From Paracoccaceae bacterium (GTDB lineage Bacteria; Pseudomonadota; Alphaproteobacteria; Rhodobacterales; Rhodobacteraceae): a DNA stretch of 35,831 bases. The notes under the pieces are model-generated. The model was not told the DNA's origin. It saw only the letters and a program-made list of their open reading frames with translations, and searched no databases. The DNA is taken from NCBI GenBank assembly GCA_003565055.1, contig PXDM01000221.1, forward strand, positions 1 through 35,831, given 5' to 3'. Positions 18,945 through 28,797 of the stretch are shown here, piece by piece. Position 1 is the first letter of the stretch, and each line of letters opens with the position of its first letter. The position numbers and the translations under genes are program-made.

Positions 18945-20345
18945 ATGTCCGTTCCTGTCGTCACGCGTTTCGCGCCCTCGCCCACTGGCTTTTTGCATAT
19001 CGGCGGCGCGCGCACGGCGCTGTTCAACTGGCTCTATGCGCGCAGGCGTGGGGGCAAGTTCCTGCTGCGCATCGAAGACACGGATCGCGCGCGCTCGACG
19101 CCCGAGGCAACGGCGGCGATTCTCGCGGGGCTGACATGGCTCGGGCTTGACTGGGATGACGAACCTGTCAGCCAATTCGCGCGCGCCGACCGCCATGCCG
19201 AGATCGCCCATCAGATGCTCGCCACCGGTCACGCCTATAAATGCTTCGCCACGCAAGACGAGATCGAAAGCTTCCGCGAGGCGGCCCGCGCGGAGGGGCG
19301 CTCGACGCTCTACCGCTCGCCCTGGCGCGACGCGGATCCTGCCAGCCACCCTGACGCGCCCTTCGTGATTCGCGTCAAGGCCCCGCTGGAGGGCGAGACG
19401 ATCATCCGCGACCAAGTGCAAGGCGATGTGCGCATCCGCAATGACCAGCTCGATGATATGGTGGTGCTGCGCTCGGACGGAACGCCGGTCTATATGCTCG
19501 CGGTGGTGGTCGATGATCACGATATGGGCGTGACCCATGTGATCCGGGGCGATGATCACCTCAACAATGCCGCGCGCCAGATGCTGATCTACCGTGCGAT
19601 GGGCTGGGACGTGCCTGTCTGGGCGCATATCCCGCTGATTCACGGCCCCGATGGCAAGAAACTCTCCAAGCGTCACGGCGCGCTTGGGGTCGAGGAATAT
19701 CAGCGCATGGGCTATCCGGCGGCGGCGATGCGCAACTATCTGGCACGGCTGGGCTGGAGCCATGGCAATGATGAATTCTTCACCGATGCGCAGGCGCGCG
19801 AGTGGTTTGATCTGGCGGGAATCGGCAAATCCCCGGCGCGGCTGGATTTCAAGAAACTCGACCATCTGACCGCCCAACATATGAGCGCCGCCGAGGATGC
19901 TGCACTGCTGCATGAATTGGAGGCATATCGCGCGGCAACCGACATGGTTGCGCTGACATCCACAGAGCGCAACGGGCTCGAGCGCGCTATGCCACTGGTC
20001 AAGGACAAGGCGAAGAACTTCGTTCAAATCCTTGAAAAAGCGCATTTCATCCTGACAGAACGCCCGATTTCGCGCGACGAGAAAGCCGACGCCGCCCTCG
20101 ATGATGTATCCCGTGGTATACTGCGGGAATTGACGCCGCGCCTGCAAAATGCTAGCTGGGCGCGAGGAACTCTGGAAGAGATCGTCGGGGATGTCGCGCA
20201 GGCGCATGGGTTAGGCTTGGGCAAGATCGCGCAACCGCTGCGCGCAGCACTGGCCGGGCGCACCACCAGCCCCAGCGTCTTCGATATGATGCTCCTTCTG
20301 GGCCGAGATGAAACTCTTGGCCGCTTGCAAGATGCGACGACCTGA
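18945..20345 (+). CDS. gltX: Glutamate--tRNA ligase
   Basis: [35 protein letters not shown]; start set to ATG 18945. Confidence 0.97.
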   Translation: MSVPVVTRFAPSPTGFLHIGGARTALFNWLYARRRGGKFLLRIEDTDRARSTPEATAAILAGLTWLGLDWDDEPVSQFARADRHAEIAHQMLATGHAYKCFATQDEIESFREAARAEGRSTLYRSPWRDADPASHPDAPFVIRVKAPLEGETIIRDQVQGDVRIRNDQLDDMVVLRSDGTPVYMLAVVVDDHDMGVTHVIRGDDHLNNAARQMLIYRAMGWDVPVWAHIPLIHGPDGKKLSKRHGALGVEEYQRMGYPAAAMRNYLARLGWSHGNDEFFTDAQAREWFDLAGIGKSPARLDFKKLDHLTAQHMSAAEDAALLHELEAYRAATDMVALTSTERNGLERAMPLVKDKAKNFVQILEKAHFILTERPISRDEKADAALDDVSRGILRELTPRLQNASWARGTLEEIVGDVAQAHGLGLGKIAQPLRAALAGRTTSPSVFDMMLLLGRDETLGRLQDATT

Positions 20346-20429
20346 ACCGGCGGATGACACTGTCCAGTTTCGGGTCCTGATCTGCCTGCGCGGGAAGTGC
20401 TCCCGCGGGCTTCATAGAAAGGTTGATGA

Positions 20430-21725
20430 ATGACAAACGGGACAGAGACAGCCAAGCTCACCATCGGCGACAAGGTCATTGATCTGCCAGTGCTCAAACC
20501 CGCGATAGGCCCCGATGTGGTTGATATCCGCAAGGTCTATGCGCAAACGGGTGTCTTCACCTACGATCCGAGCTTCACCTCGACCGCGTCCTGTTCTTCG
20601 ACCATCACCTATATCGACGGCGACAAGGGCGAATTGCTCTATCGCGGCTATCCGATCGAGCAACTCGCCGAGAAATCGCATTTCCTCGAAACCTGCTACC
20701 TGCTGCTTTACGGCGAACTGCCCTCGGCTGCCGATCTGGAGGATTTCGAGCTGCGCGTGACGCATCACACGATGCTGCATGAACAGATGCGCAATTTCTA
20801 CAGCGGGTTCCGCCGCGACAGCCACCCGATGGCTGTCATGACCGGCGTGGTGGGCGCGATGTCGTCCTTCTACCACGACAGCACCGATATCAACGACCCC
20901 TGGCAGCGCGAAGTGGCCGCGATCCGCATGATCGCCAAGATGCCCACCATCGCTGCATGGGCCTATAAATATTCGCTGGGCCAGCCCTTCGTCTATCCCA
21001 AGAACAGCCTCGATTACGCGGGCAATTTCCTGCATATGTGCTTCTCGGTCCCGGCTGAGGAATATGTCGTCAACCCGATCCTGAGCCGCGCGATGGACCG
21101 GATCATGATGCTGCATGCCGATCACGAGCAGAACGCCTCGACCTCGACCGTGCGGCTGGCAGGGTCGTCGGGCGCCAATCCCTTCGCCTGTATCGCAGCG
21201 GGCATTGCCTGTCTCTGGGGGCCTGCGCATGGCGGTGCCAATCAGGCCTGCCTCGAGATGCTGCAGGAAATCGGCACGGTTGACCGCATCCCGGAATTTA
21301 TCGCCCGCGCCAAGGACAAGGATGACCCGTTCAAGCTGATGGGCTTCGGCCACCGGGTCTACAAGAATTTCGACCCGCGCGCCAAGGTGATGAAGCAATC
21401 CGCCGATGAAGTGCTGGGACTCTTGGGCATCGAGGATAATGAAACCCTCAAGATCGCCAAAGAGCTGGAGCGCATCGCGCTTGAGGACGAATATTTCGTC
21501 GAGAAGAAGCTCTACCCGAATGTTGATTTCTATTCCGGCATCATTCTTGAGGCCATGGGCTTCCCGACGGCGATGTTCACGCCCATTTTCGCGCTCTCGC
21601 GCACGGTGGGCTGGATCAGCCAGTGGAAGGAAATGATCGCCGATCCAGAGCAGAAAATCGGCCGCCCGCGCCAGCGCTATATCGGCGCACCGGCGCGCGA
21701 CTATGTGGAAATCGAGACGCGCTGA
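20430..21725 (+). CDS. gltA: Citrate synthase (type II)
   Basis: [44 protein letters not shown]. Confidence 0.98.
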   Translation: MTNGTETAKLTIGDKVIDLPVLKPAIGPDVVDIRKVYAQTGVFTYDPSFTSTASCSSTITYIDGDKGELLYRGYPIEQLAEKSHFLETCYLLLYGELPSAADLEDFELRVTHHTMLHEQMRNFYSGFRRDSHPMAVMTGVVGAMSSFYHDSTDINDPWQREVAAIRMIAKMPTIAAWAYKYSLGQPFVYPKNSLDYAGNFLHMCFSVPAEEYVVNPILSRAMDRIMMLHADHEQNASTSTVRLAGSSGANPFACIAAGIACLWGPAHGGANQACLEMLQEIGTVDRIPEFIARAKDKDDPFKLMGFGHRVYKNFDPRAKVMKQSADEVLGLLGIEDNETLKIAKELERIALEDEYFVEKKLYPNVDFYSGIILEAMGFPTAMFTPIFALSRTVGWISQWKEMIADPEQKIGRPRQRYIGAPARDYVEIETR

Positions 21726-21745
21726 GCCTTTGCGCTGAGCCTTGC

Positions 21746-21775
21746 AATGCCGCCCTGTCGACGGGGCGGCATTTT
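21746..21775 (+). terminator. Terminator after gltA
   Basis: AATGCCGCCC (21746-21755) / GGGCGGCATT (21764-21773) followed by TT. Confidence 0.7.
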
Positions 21776-21822
21776 GCATGGCGAAAAAGGAACCAGTCAC
21801 GCCGCGCCCGCGTATCAACAAC

Positions 21823-22545
21823 ATGAAACATACTTTGCCCATCCTGACCCTGATCGCCACGCTGGCTTTCGTGACCTCGCCTCTGGTGACCGACCCGTTC
21901 TCGGGCTTCGCGCCGGATCGCTTCCCCGTCCCACAGATCGACCCACCCGTGCAACCGGCAGGCTACGCCTTCAGCATCTGGGGCGTGATCTATATCTGGC
22001 TCACTGTCATGGCCGTGGTCGGTGTCACCCTGCGCCGCCACGCGCCGCAGTGGCAGGGCGTCCATCTCCCGCTGATCCTGAGCCTCGGCCCCGGTGCGGC
22101 CTGGCTCTGGGTCGCAGGCTTTGCGCCGCGCGCAGCGACTGTGCTGATCTTCTGGATGATGGCAACCGCGATCTGGGCGCTCCTGCGCAGCCCGTCGGAG
22201 GACCGGTTCCTCCTGCGCCTGCCTGTTGCGCTTTATGCAGGCTGGCTGACAGCGGCGGCGCATGTCTCGCTCGGCATCAATCTCGGCGGGTTTGGCATTG
22301 CCCCCGCTGACATCGCTGCTGTGATCGCGCTCGCGCTTGCCTCTGGCGTCATGCTCCTGACGCTTTACCTGCGCCCCGACCTGCCAGAATACGGGCTGGC
22401 CTTCGTCTGGGCGCTGGTGGCGGTGATCGTGGCGAATTGGGGCGGCGCGGCTCCCGTGCTGATTGCGGCTGCGCTGGCGCTGGTGCTCGTGCTTTTCGCG
22501 ATGATCCGCGGCCTGCGCTCTGGACAGCTCGCGCATGGGCTGTAA
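21823..22545 (+). CDS. Multi-pass membrane protein (tryptophan-rich/TspO-related family)
   Basis: About 8 hydrophobic segments, motifs PAGYAFSIWGVIY and LYAGWLTAA; start set to ATG 21823. Confidence 0.75.
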   Translation: MKHTLPILTLIATLAFVTSPLVTDPFSGFAPDRFPVPQIDPPVQPAGYAFSIWGVIYIWLTVMAVVGVTLRRHAPQWQGVHLPLILSLGPGAAWLWVAGFAPRAATVLIFWMMATAIWALLRSPSEDRFLLRLPVALYAGWLTAAAHVSLGINLGGFGIAPADIAAVIALALASGVMLLTLYLRPDLPEYGLAFVWALVAVIVANWGGAAPVLIAAALALVLVLFAMIRGLRSGQLAHGL

Positions 22546-22581
22546 CACAGGGCGTTGACGCCCCCGACCCGGACCCTTGCC

Positions 22582-23409
22582 ATGCCCCATGACCCGCTGA
22601 TCTTCGCCCCCGATGGCTCCGTCACCCGGCTGCGCGCGATCATGCGCGCCCTGCGCGACCCTGACACCGGCTGCCCATGGGATATCGAGCAGGATTTCGC
22701 TTCCATCGCGCCCTACACGATCGAGGAAGCCTATGAGGTCGAGGACGCGATCACCCAATCCGACTGGCCCGCGCTCGAAGGCGAATTGGGTGATCTGCTG
22801 TTGCAGGTGGTCTATCACGCGCAGATGGCAGAGGAGGCCGGGCATTTCAGCTTTGAAAGCCTGACCCGCGCGATCAGCGACAAGATGCTGGCCCGCCATC
22901 CCCATGTCTTCGGCGATGAGAGCCGCGACAAAAGCGCCGAAGATCAGACCGTCGACTGGGAGCGCATGAAAGCGCAGGAACGCGCCGCGCGCGACCGGGG
23001 CGGCGTGCTCGACGATGTGGCGCTCGGCCTGCCTGCGCTGATGCGCGCGGTCAAACTGCAAAAACGCGCGGCGCGCGTGGGGTTTGACTGGCCCGACACG
23101 GGTCAGGTGCTCGACAAGATCGTGGAAGAAGCCCGCGAATTGATCGAGGCCCGCGACGAGATGGGCGCGGCAGAGCAGGCCGAGGAATTCGGCGATCTTC
23201 TCTTCGTCATGGCCAATCTCGCGCGCCATCTGGACATCGACCCCGAAGCGGCGCTGCGCGCGGCCAATGCGAAATTCACCCGCCGCTTCCGCGCCATCGA
23301 GGCGGCGCTGGCGGCCCAGAACCGTCGCCCTGAGGACAGCACGCTCGCGGAAATGGACGCTTTATGGGATGCAGCCAAGGCGCGCGAGAAGCTAGATGCA
23401 CCCAGATGA
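22582..23409 (+). CDS. mazG: Nucleoside triphosphate pyrophosphohydrolase MazG
   Basis: GCPWDIEQ, IEEAYEV, ELGDLL, RHPHVF, GFDW, second domain EEFGDLLF. Confidence 0.96.
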   Translation: MPHDPLIFAPDGSVTRLRAIMRALRDPDTGCPWDIEQDFASIAPYTIEEAYEVEDAITQSDWPALEGELGDLLLQVVYHAQMAEEAGHFSFESLTRAISDKMLARHPHVFGDESRDKSAEDQTVDWERMKAQERAARDRGGVLDDVALGLPALMRAVKLQKRAARVGFDWPDTGQVLDKIVEEARELIEARDEMGAAEQAEEFGDLLFVMANLARHLDIDPEAALRAANAKFTRRFRAIEAALAAQNRRPEDSTLAEMDALWDAAKAREKLDAPR

Positions 23410-24079
23410 CCAGAGCCTGACGGAAACCGGCCTCGCCCCTGCAGGGCGCGGGTCGATCCTGCTTCTGGCCTGCGGGGCCCTGGCACGCGAAATCCTCGCG
23501 ATCCGGTCGGCGAATGGCTGGACGCATATGGATCTGCACTGCCTGCCGGCCAATCTGCATCTCCGGCCCGAGCGCATCCCCGACGCGGTAGAAGCGGCGG
23601 TGCAAAAATACCGCGACCGCTACACGCGCATTTTCGTCGTCTACGCCGATTGCGGCACCGGCGGGCTGCTGGCGGCGCGCTGCGCGCGCCTTGGCGTCGA
23701 GATGGTCGCAGGCCCCCATTGCTATGCGTTTTTCGAGGGTGTGGAGCGCTTCACCGCCCGCGCCGAGGAGGAGATCACCGCCTTCTACCTCACCGATTTT
23801 CTGGTCCGCCAGTTCGATGCCTTTGTCTGGGAGCCGATGGGCTTTGACCGCCACCCCGAATTGATCGCGATGATGTTCGGCAATTACACACGGCTCATCT
23901 ATCAGGCGCAGACGGACGATCCGGCGCTCGATGCCAAGGCGCGCGATTGTGCCGGGCGGTTGGGCTTGGCCTATGAGCGGCGCTTCACGGGCTATGGTGA
24001 GCTTGAAACGGCGCTGGCGGCGCAAGCGACATCAGGCGAGCTGCGCGGCGATCCTCTTCACCCATGGCGGATGAAATAG
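23396..24079 (+). CDS. DUF1638-domain protein
   Basis: LACGALARE, LPANLH, YADCGTGG, PHCY, FYLTDFL, GNYTRLIY as recalled for DUF1638 proteins; start uncertain, overlaps mazG end. Confidence 0.82.
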   Translation: MHPDDQSLTETGLAPAGRGSILLLACGALAREILAIRSANGWTHMDLHCLPANLHLRPERIPDAVEAAVQKYRDRYTRIFVVYADCGTGGLLAARCARLGVEMVAGPHCYAFFEGVERFTARAEEEITAFYLTDFLVRQFDAFVWEPMGFDRHPELIAMMFGNYTRLIYQAQTDDPALDAKARDCAGRLGLAYERRFTGYGELETALAAQATSGELRGDPLHPWRMK

Positions 24080-24285
24080 GCCATCGCGGCCTCGCGCGCC
24101 TCGGTCGCGAGCAACTCATGCCCGGCCTCGGCACAGAAATGCGGGATATCAACCACCGCCGCGGGATCACTCGCCAGCACGCAGAGCACCTCCCCCGGCG
24201 CCATGGATTTCAACCGCTTGCGCGCTTTCAGGACCGGCAGGGGGCATAAAAGCCCGATCGCATCCAGCTCAACATCGCCACGCAT
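24058..24285 (-). CDS. tusA: TusA/SirA-family sulfur carrier protein
   Basis: LDAIGLLCPLPVLK (CPxP), DP..DIPHFC; GGGAGGTGAG SD. Confidence 0.92.
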   Translation of the reverse strand: MRGDVELDAIGLLCPLPVLKARKRLKSMAPGEVLCVLASDPAAVVDIPHFCAEAGHELLATEAREAAMAYFIRHG

Positions 24286-24288
24286 GCC

Positions 24289-24537
24289 TCACCTCCCACG
24301 CCTGCGCCCGCGCGCAGGGCGCGGCGCAAGCCCCGCGCGCAACAGCCCTGTCATCGGGTGATCCGGGGCGCCATCGCCGTAGCGCGTGATCAGCTCCCCG
24401 AGGGCCGCGCGCTGGTCCATCCCATCGGGCAGGCTCAGCGCCCAGTCGATCAGGATCGAGCGACATTCCGCATCCGAGATCCCCTCGATCCGGTAGCTCT
24501 CGCGGATCAGCCCTTTCGGGTCATGGCTCGCCTGCAT
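24289..24537 (-). CDS. Small conserved hypothetical protein
   Basis: DPKGLIRESYRIEGI..ECRSI..DWALS..PDHPM; AAGAGG SD best spaced for ATG 24537; fills glnE-tusA gap. Confidence 0.8.
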   Translation of the reverse strand: MQASHDPKGLIRESYRIEGISDAECRSILIDWALSLPDGMDQRAALGELITRYGDGAPDHPMTGLLRAGLAPRPARGRRRGR

Positions 24538-27337
24538 GCGCATCCTCTTTCACTTGCGGCCCCGTGTCGCGCAGCAGCCCCGAGATCACCGCATCCGTCT
24601 GCGCGCAACTCTCCTGCAGCTTAGCGGCCAAGGCATCCGCCGTCTCGGCCCCCGCCGCGCTCAAGATAAACTTCTGCCCGCCAGGGCCAAGATCAGCGAT
24701 GTCCGAAATCCGGTCGGCCAGCAAACGCCCAGTGGCCTGCATCGTCCAGCAGAGCCGGTAGGCTTTGATCAAAACCGCCTCAGTCTCGGCACGCAGCACG
24801 CCCGCCTTTGTCCCGGCCCGCAATTGCTGCTCGACCCGCCGCCCGTGATGGCCTGCCCTGAGCGCGCAGAATTGCGCCACAAGCTCGATATCCATCAACC
24901 GCCCCGGCCCCGATTTCGCGTCCCAGACCCCATGCGCCGGTTTCGCCTCCGCCAGCCGCGCGCGCATCTCGGCCACATCCGCGCGCAGGCTTGCGCCATC
25001 CGATTTCTCGACCAGCAGTGCACGGCGAAACGCCTCGACCCGCTCGCCCAAGCCCACCGAGCCCGCCACGCGCCGCGCACGGGTCAGCGCCAGATGCTCC
25101 CAGGTCCAGGCCTCCTCGCGCTGATAAATCTCGAAGGCGCTGATGCTGGTCGCCACTGGCCCCTGACGCCCCGAGGGGCGCAGCCGCATATCGACCTCAT
25201 AAAGCCGCCCCTCGGCCGTGGGCGCGGAAATCGCACTGACGAACGCCTTGGTCAGCCGCGCATAATAGCTGCGCGCATCGAGCGGGCGCGGTCCTTCGGA
25301 CATATCGCTGGCTTGCGCATCATAGAGGATCAGCAAGTCCAGATCCGAGGCCGCATTGAGCCGCCCCGCACCAAGCGAGCCCATGCCCAGCACCACCGCC
25401 CCCTGCCCCGGCAGCGGCCCATGTTTGCGCGCGAATTCCGCCACCACCACAGGCCAGAGTGCGCCCAGCACCGCCTCGGCGAGTGCCGCATATTCCGCGC
25501 CCGCTTCGGCGGCGTCAATCAGCCCGCGCAGATGATGCACGCCGACCCGGAAATGCCATTCCCGCGCCCAGGCTCGCGCCAGATCAAGCTGGCGCTCATA
25601 GTCATCGAGCCCCGCAAGCCGGTCGGCCAGATCGCGCTGCAACACCCCCACACCGGGCCAGGGCGCGAAAAAGCCGCCCCCGATCACGGCATCAAAGACC
25701 GCCGCATTGCGCGACAGATAGGCCGCGAGCCGGGGCGCCGTTGCGCAAATGTCGACAATCAATGCGATTAACTGGGGATTGGCCTCAAACAGCGAAAAGA
25801 GCTGCACGCCCGCAGGCAGACCGCTCAGGAAGCGGTCGAATTGCACCAGCGCGGCTTCAGGATCAGCGGCATCCTGCAACTGTGTCAGGATCTGCGGGCG
25901 CACGCGTTTGAAAATCTCCTTCGCGCGGCTGGAGCGCAGCGCCGCGTAGCGGTGCCAGCCTGCGACCAGCGCCTGCGCGCTCTCCGACAGGTCCGGCTCC
26001 TCGGCGACGGGCGCATCGGGGGCAAAGAATCCCTCGGTCAGCTCCGCCACCTCGCGCAGCCGCGCCTTGAGATGGTCGCGAAAGGCGCGCGTATCCGGCG
26101 CCCCCATGAACCGCGCCAGCCGGTCGAATTCCTCGGGCGTGCTGGGCAGTTTCTGGGTCTGCGCGTCCTGCACCATCTGCAAGCGATGCTCGATCTCGCG
26201 ATGCTCGCGGTAATGCGCGCTCAGTTTTTCAGCCACCTCCGCCGGGATCCAGCCCTTGGCTGCCAGCGCAGACAGCCCTTCGACCGTGCGGCGCGTGCGC
26301 AAATCCGGGTCGCGCCCGCCTGCGATCAACTGCCGCGTCTGGGTGAAAAACTCGATCTCGCGAATGCCGCCCTGACCGAGCTTGATGTCATGCCCTTCCA
26401 GCGCCAGCGTCGCCCCGAACCCCTTATGCGCCTTGATCTTGAGCCGCATGTCATGAGCATCCTGGATCGCCGCGAAATCGAGATGCTTGCGCCAGACGAA
26501 GGGGCGCAGCGTGTCGAGAAACCGCGCGCCTGCCGCCAGATCGCCTGCGCAGGGCCGCGCCTTGATATAGGCCGCGCGCTCCCATGTGCGGCCCACGCTC
26601 TCGTAATAACGCTCGGCGGCCTCCATCGAGAGGCAGACCGGCGTCACGGACGGGTCCGGCCGCAGCCGCAGATCCGTGCGGAAGACATAGCCCTCGCCCG
26701 TATGGTCCGACAAAAGCGCGCAGAGCTTGCGGGTCACGCGGATGAAGGCCGCGCGGGCCTCGTGATAGTCGTCGGCACTGAAGCGGGTTTCGTCAAAGAG
26801 GCAGATCAGGTCGATGTCAGACGAATAATTCAACTCGCGCGCGCCCATTTTGCCCATGGCGAGCACCACCATGCCCGCGCCCGTCGCGGCGTCCTCGGGC
26901 GCGACACCGGGCAGCTTCTTGCGCCGGATTTCCTCAGTCACCAGCGCCACCAGCGCCACATGCGCCGCGCGGTCGGCCAGATCCGAGAGCGCGCGCGTCA
27001 CCTGATCGAGCGACCAGACCCCGCCCAGATCCGCGAGCGCGGCCAAGAGCGCCACACGCCGCTTGGCCACGCGCAGCCGCACCGAGAGATCGCTGAGCCC
27101 CACATCGCCCAGCGCAGCAAGTTCGGCATCGACGCTGGCCTGCGGATCCCGCGTCAGCGCGCCCTCCAGCCAGTCCTGCTCACGCGTGATCAGCATGCGC
27201 AGATAGGGGCTGCACCCGGCAGCGCCCGCGATCAGATCGGCCAGATCGCCGGGCAATTCGGGCAAGGCGGCGCGCGCCTCGGCCCCGGCATCGGGGTCGA
27301 AGGGCAACGGCAAGCGGGTGATGGGACCGAAACTCAT
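24521..27337 (-). CDS. glnE: Glutamine synthetase adenylyltransferase/adenylyl-removing enzyme
   Basis: Two nucleotidyltransferase motifs GKMGARELNYSSDIDL and GMGSLG..SDLDL; DLRLRPD, WERAAYIKAR, DMRLRPSG, WEHLALTRAR. Start set to ATG 27337. Confidence 0.95.
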   Translation of the reverse strand: MSFGPITRLPLPFDPDAGAEARAALPELPGDLADLIAGAAGCSPYLRMLITREQDWLEGALTRDPQASVDAELAALGDVGLSDLSVRLRVAKRRVALLAALADLGGVWSLDQVTRALSDLADRAAHVALVALVTEEIRRKKLPGVAPEDAATGAGMVVLAMGKMGARELNYSSDIDLICLFDETRFSADDYHEARAAFIRVTRKLCALLSDHTGEGYVFRTDLRLRPDPSVTPVCLSMEAAERYYESVGRTWERAAYIKARPCAGDLAAGARFLDTLRPFVWRKHLDFAAIQDAHDMRLKIKAHKGFGATLALEGHDIKLGQGGIREIEFFTQTRQLIAGGRDPDLRTRRTVEGLSALAAKGWIPAEVAEKLSAHYREHREIEHRLQMVQDAQTQKLPSTPEEFDRLARFMGAPDTRAFRDHLKARLREVAELTEGFFAPDAPVAEEPDLSESAQALVAGWHRYAALRSSRAKEIFKRVRPQILTQLQDAADPEAALVQFDRFLSGLPAGVQLFSLFEANPQLIALIVDICATAPRLAAYLSRNAAVFDAVIGGGFFAPWPGVGVLQRDLADRLAGLDDYERQLDLARAWAREWHFRVGVHHLRGLIDAAEAGAEYAALAEAVLGALWPVVVAEFARKHGPLPGQGAVVLGMGSLGAGRLNAASDLDLLILYDAQASDMSEGPRPLDARSYYARLTKAFVSAISAPTAEGRLYEVDMRLRPSGRQGPVATSISAFEIYQREEAWTWEHLALTRARRVAGSVGLGERVEAFRRALLVEKSDGASLRADVAEMRARLAEAKPAHGVWDAKSGPGRLMDIELVAQFCALRAGHHGRRVEQQLRAGTKAGVLRAETEAVLIKAYRLCWTMQATGRLLADRISDIADLGPGGQKFILSAAGAETADALAAKLQESCAQTDAVISGLLRDTGPQVKEDAHAGEP

Positions 27338-27480
27338 GGCGTGCAGCATGCACTGGCGCGAAAACGAGGTCAATTCCCCCAACCCCCTGTGCTCGCGAAG
27401 GAAATCCCTCGCCGCCCGCGCCTGCGCCGGAGGCGTTACATTTTGTGTGGTGCGTTCATGAAAATTTCGCTTGCCAGAAT

Positions 27481-27499
27481 TGGTAAGTTCACTTTACCA
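27481..27499. promoter_or_regulatory. Palindromic operator TGGTAA-N7-TTACCA in TRAP promoter
   Basis: Perfect 6-7-6 inverted repeat immediately downstream of a -35-like TTGCCA (27471-27476); resembles FadR-subfamily TGGT..ACCA boxes and also contains T-N11-A. Confidence 0.7.
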
Positions 27500-27643
27500 C
27501 TGCGGACGAGGGAGGAGCGGCCAGCCGGATTTTCGGCCCGAGATGTGCAATTTCATTGCGCGCGGCACTGGCTTTTCCCTTGACGCATCCCATCCCGAGA
27601 GGGTGGATACAAGGACCAAAGTCCAACGACCGGAGGAATTATA

Positions 27644-28705
27644 ATGAATAAACTTCTTATCACCACGGCGCTGACGGCAAGCATCACCGCAAGCGCTGTT
27701 TCCGCGCAGGAGCGTGTCCGCTGGCAAGTGCCGATGAGCTTCGCCTCGACCCTGACAGCCCTTGGCGACACGATGCCATGGGTGGCTGATCAGCTCCGCG
27801 CTGTGTCAGCTGGCAATATTGATCTGCGCGTGGCAGAGCCCGGCGCGGTCGTGCCGGCGCTGTCGATCTTCGAGAATGTCTCCGAGGGCAATATCGACGC
27901 GGGCTATAGCTGGATGGGCTATGAATGGGGCACGGTCCCGGCCGCCGCACTCTTCGGCGCAACGCCGTTCGGGCTGGAATCGGTGGAGTTCCTGGCATGG
28001 ATGACCCATCACGGCGGGCAGGAGCTGCTTGAAGAGACCTTCCACCCCTACAACGTGCATCCCGTCGCCTGCGGCACGATCAGCCCCGAGACCGCGGGCT
28101 GGTTCCGCAATGAAGTGCCGACCGTCGATGATCTTCAGGGCCTGCGCTTCCGCGCCGCCGGTGTGGGCGGTGAGATCTTTCAGGAATTCGGCATGTCCGT
28201 GACCCTGCTGCCGGGCGGTGAGCTGTATCAGGCACTTGAGACCGGCACGCTGGACGCGACCGAATTCTCGCTCCCGACCGTGGATGAGCAGCTCGGCTTC
28301 TATCAGGTCGCGCCCTATCTCTACCTGCCGGGCTGGCACCAGCCCTCGACCAACCAGTTCCTCTACATCAATCTCGATGTCTGGAACGGGCTTGAAGATC
28401 AGACCCGCGCGATGATCGAAACCACCTGCATGGCGGCCAACGCTTTCGCGATTGCCCGCGCAGAAGCGCTGCAAGGTGCGGCCATGGCACGGTTCGACGA
28501 AAGCGGCACCAATATCCGCACCTATTCGGATGAGCAGATCGCGGCCTTCCGCGAAGCGTCCAACACGGTCATGGAAAGCTGGTCTGAGCGCGACGAGATG
28601 TTCGGCAAGGTCTATAGCTCGATGATGGACTTCCAGGCCGAACTGCGCCCCTGGCGCGAGATGGGCTACCTGCCGCGCGACTGGCAGACCCGCATCGGCG
28701 AATGA
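27644..28705 (+). CDS. dctP: TRAP solute-binding protein, TakP/lactate-2-oxoacid family
   Basis: Sec signal (AVSA), GWFRNEV, GLRFR, GGELYQALETGTLDATEF, YLPGWHQP; GGAGG SD. Confidence 0.9.
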   Translation: MNKLLITTALTASITASAVSAQERVRWQVPMSFASTLTALGDTMPWVADQLRAVSAGNIDLRVAEPGAVVPALSIFENVSEGNIDAGYSWMGYEWGTVPAAALFGATPFGLESVEFLAWMTHHGGQELLEETFHPYNVHPVACGTISPETAGWFRNEVPTVDDLQGLRFRAAGVGGEIFQEFGMSVTLLPGGELYQALETGTLDATEFSLPTVDEQLGFYQVAPYLYLPGWHQPSTNQFLYINLDVWNGLEDQTRAMIETTCMAANAFAIARAEALQGAAMARFDESGTNIRTYSDEQIAAFREASNTVMESWSERDEMFGKVYSSMMDFQAELRPWREMGYLPRDWQTRIGE

Positions 28706-28723
28706 GCCCAAGCTGAGACAACA

Positions 28724-28751
28724 GCGCCGCGCCCTGACCGGGGCGCGGCGC
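28724..28751 (+). other. Intercistronic GC hairpin after dctP
   Basis: GCGCCGCGCCC / GGGCGCGGCGC 11-bp stem without U-tract; typical stabiliser of solute-binding-protein mRNA. Confidence 0.6.
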
Positions 28752-28797
28752 ATCTGCACGACGCATCCGCCCTGAGGGCCAGCAGAGGGGGCACCCC

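Noticed and set aside
22582-23409. mazG as an anti-phage or toxin-antitoxin component
   Set aside because: Two-domain housekeeping MazG in a core neighbourhood with no mazEF or defence genes.
24291-24297. GGGAGGU at the tusA RBS complementary to the sRNA anti-SD core
   Set aside because: Only a generic strong SD with no extended pairing.
27391-27434. Possible third, degenerate copy of the intergenic element
   Set aside because: Too few identities to the TCATTTTCTTGC/AAATACTC head to support.
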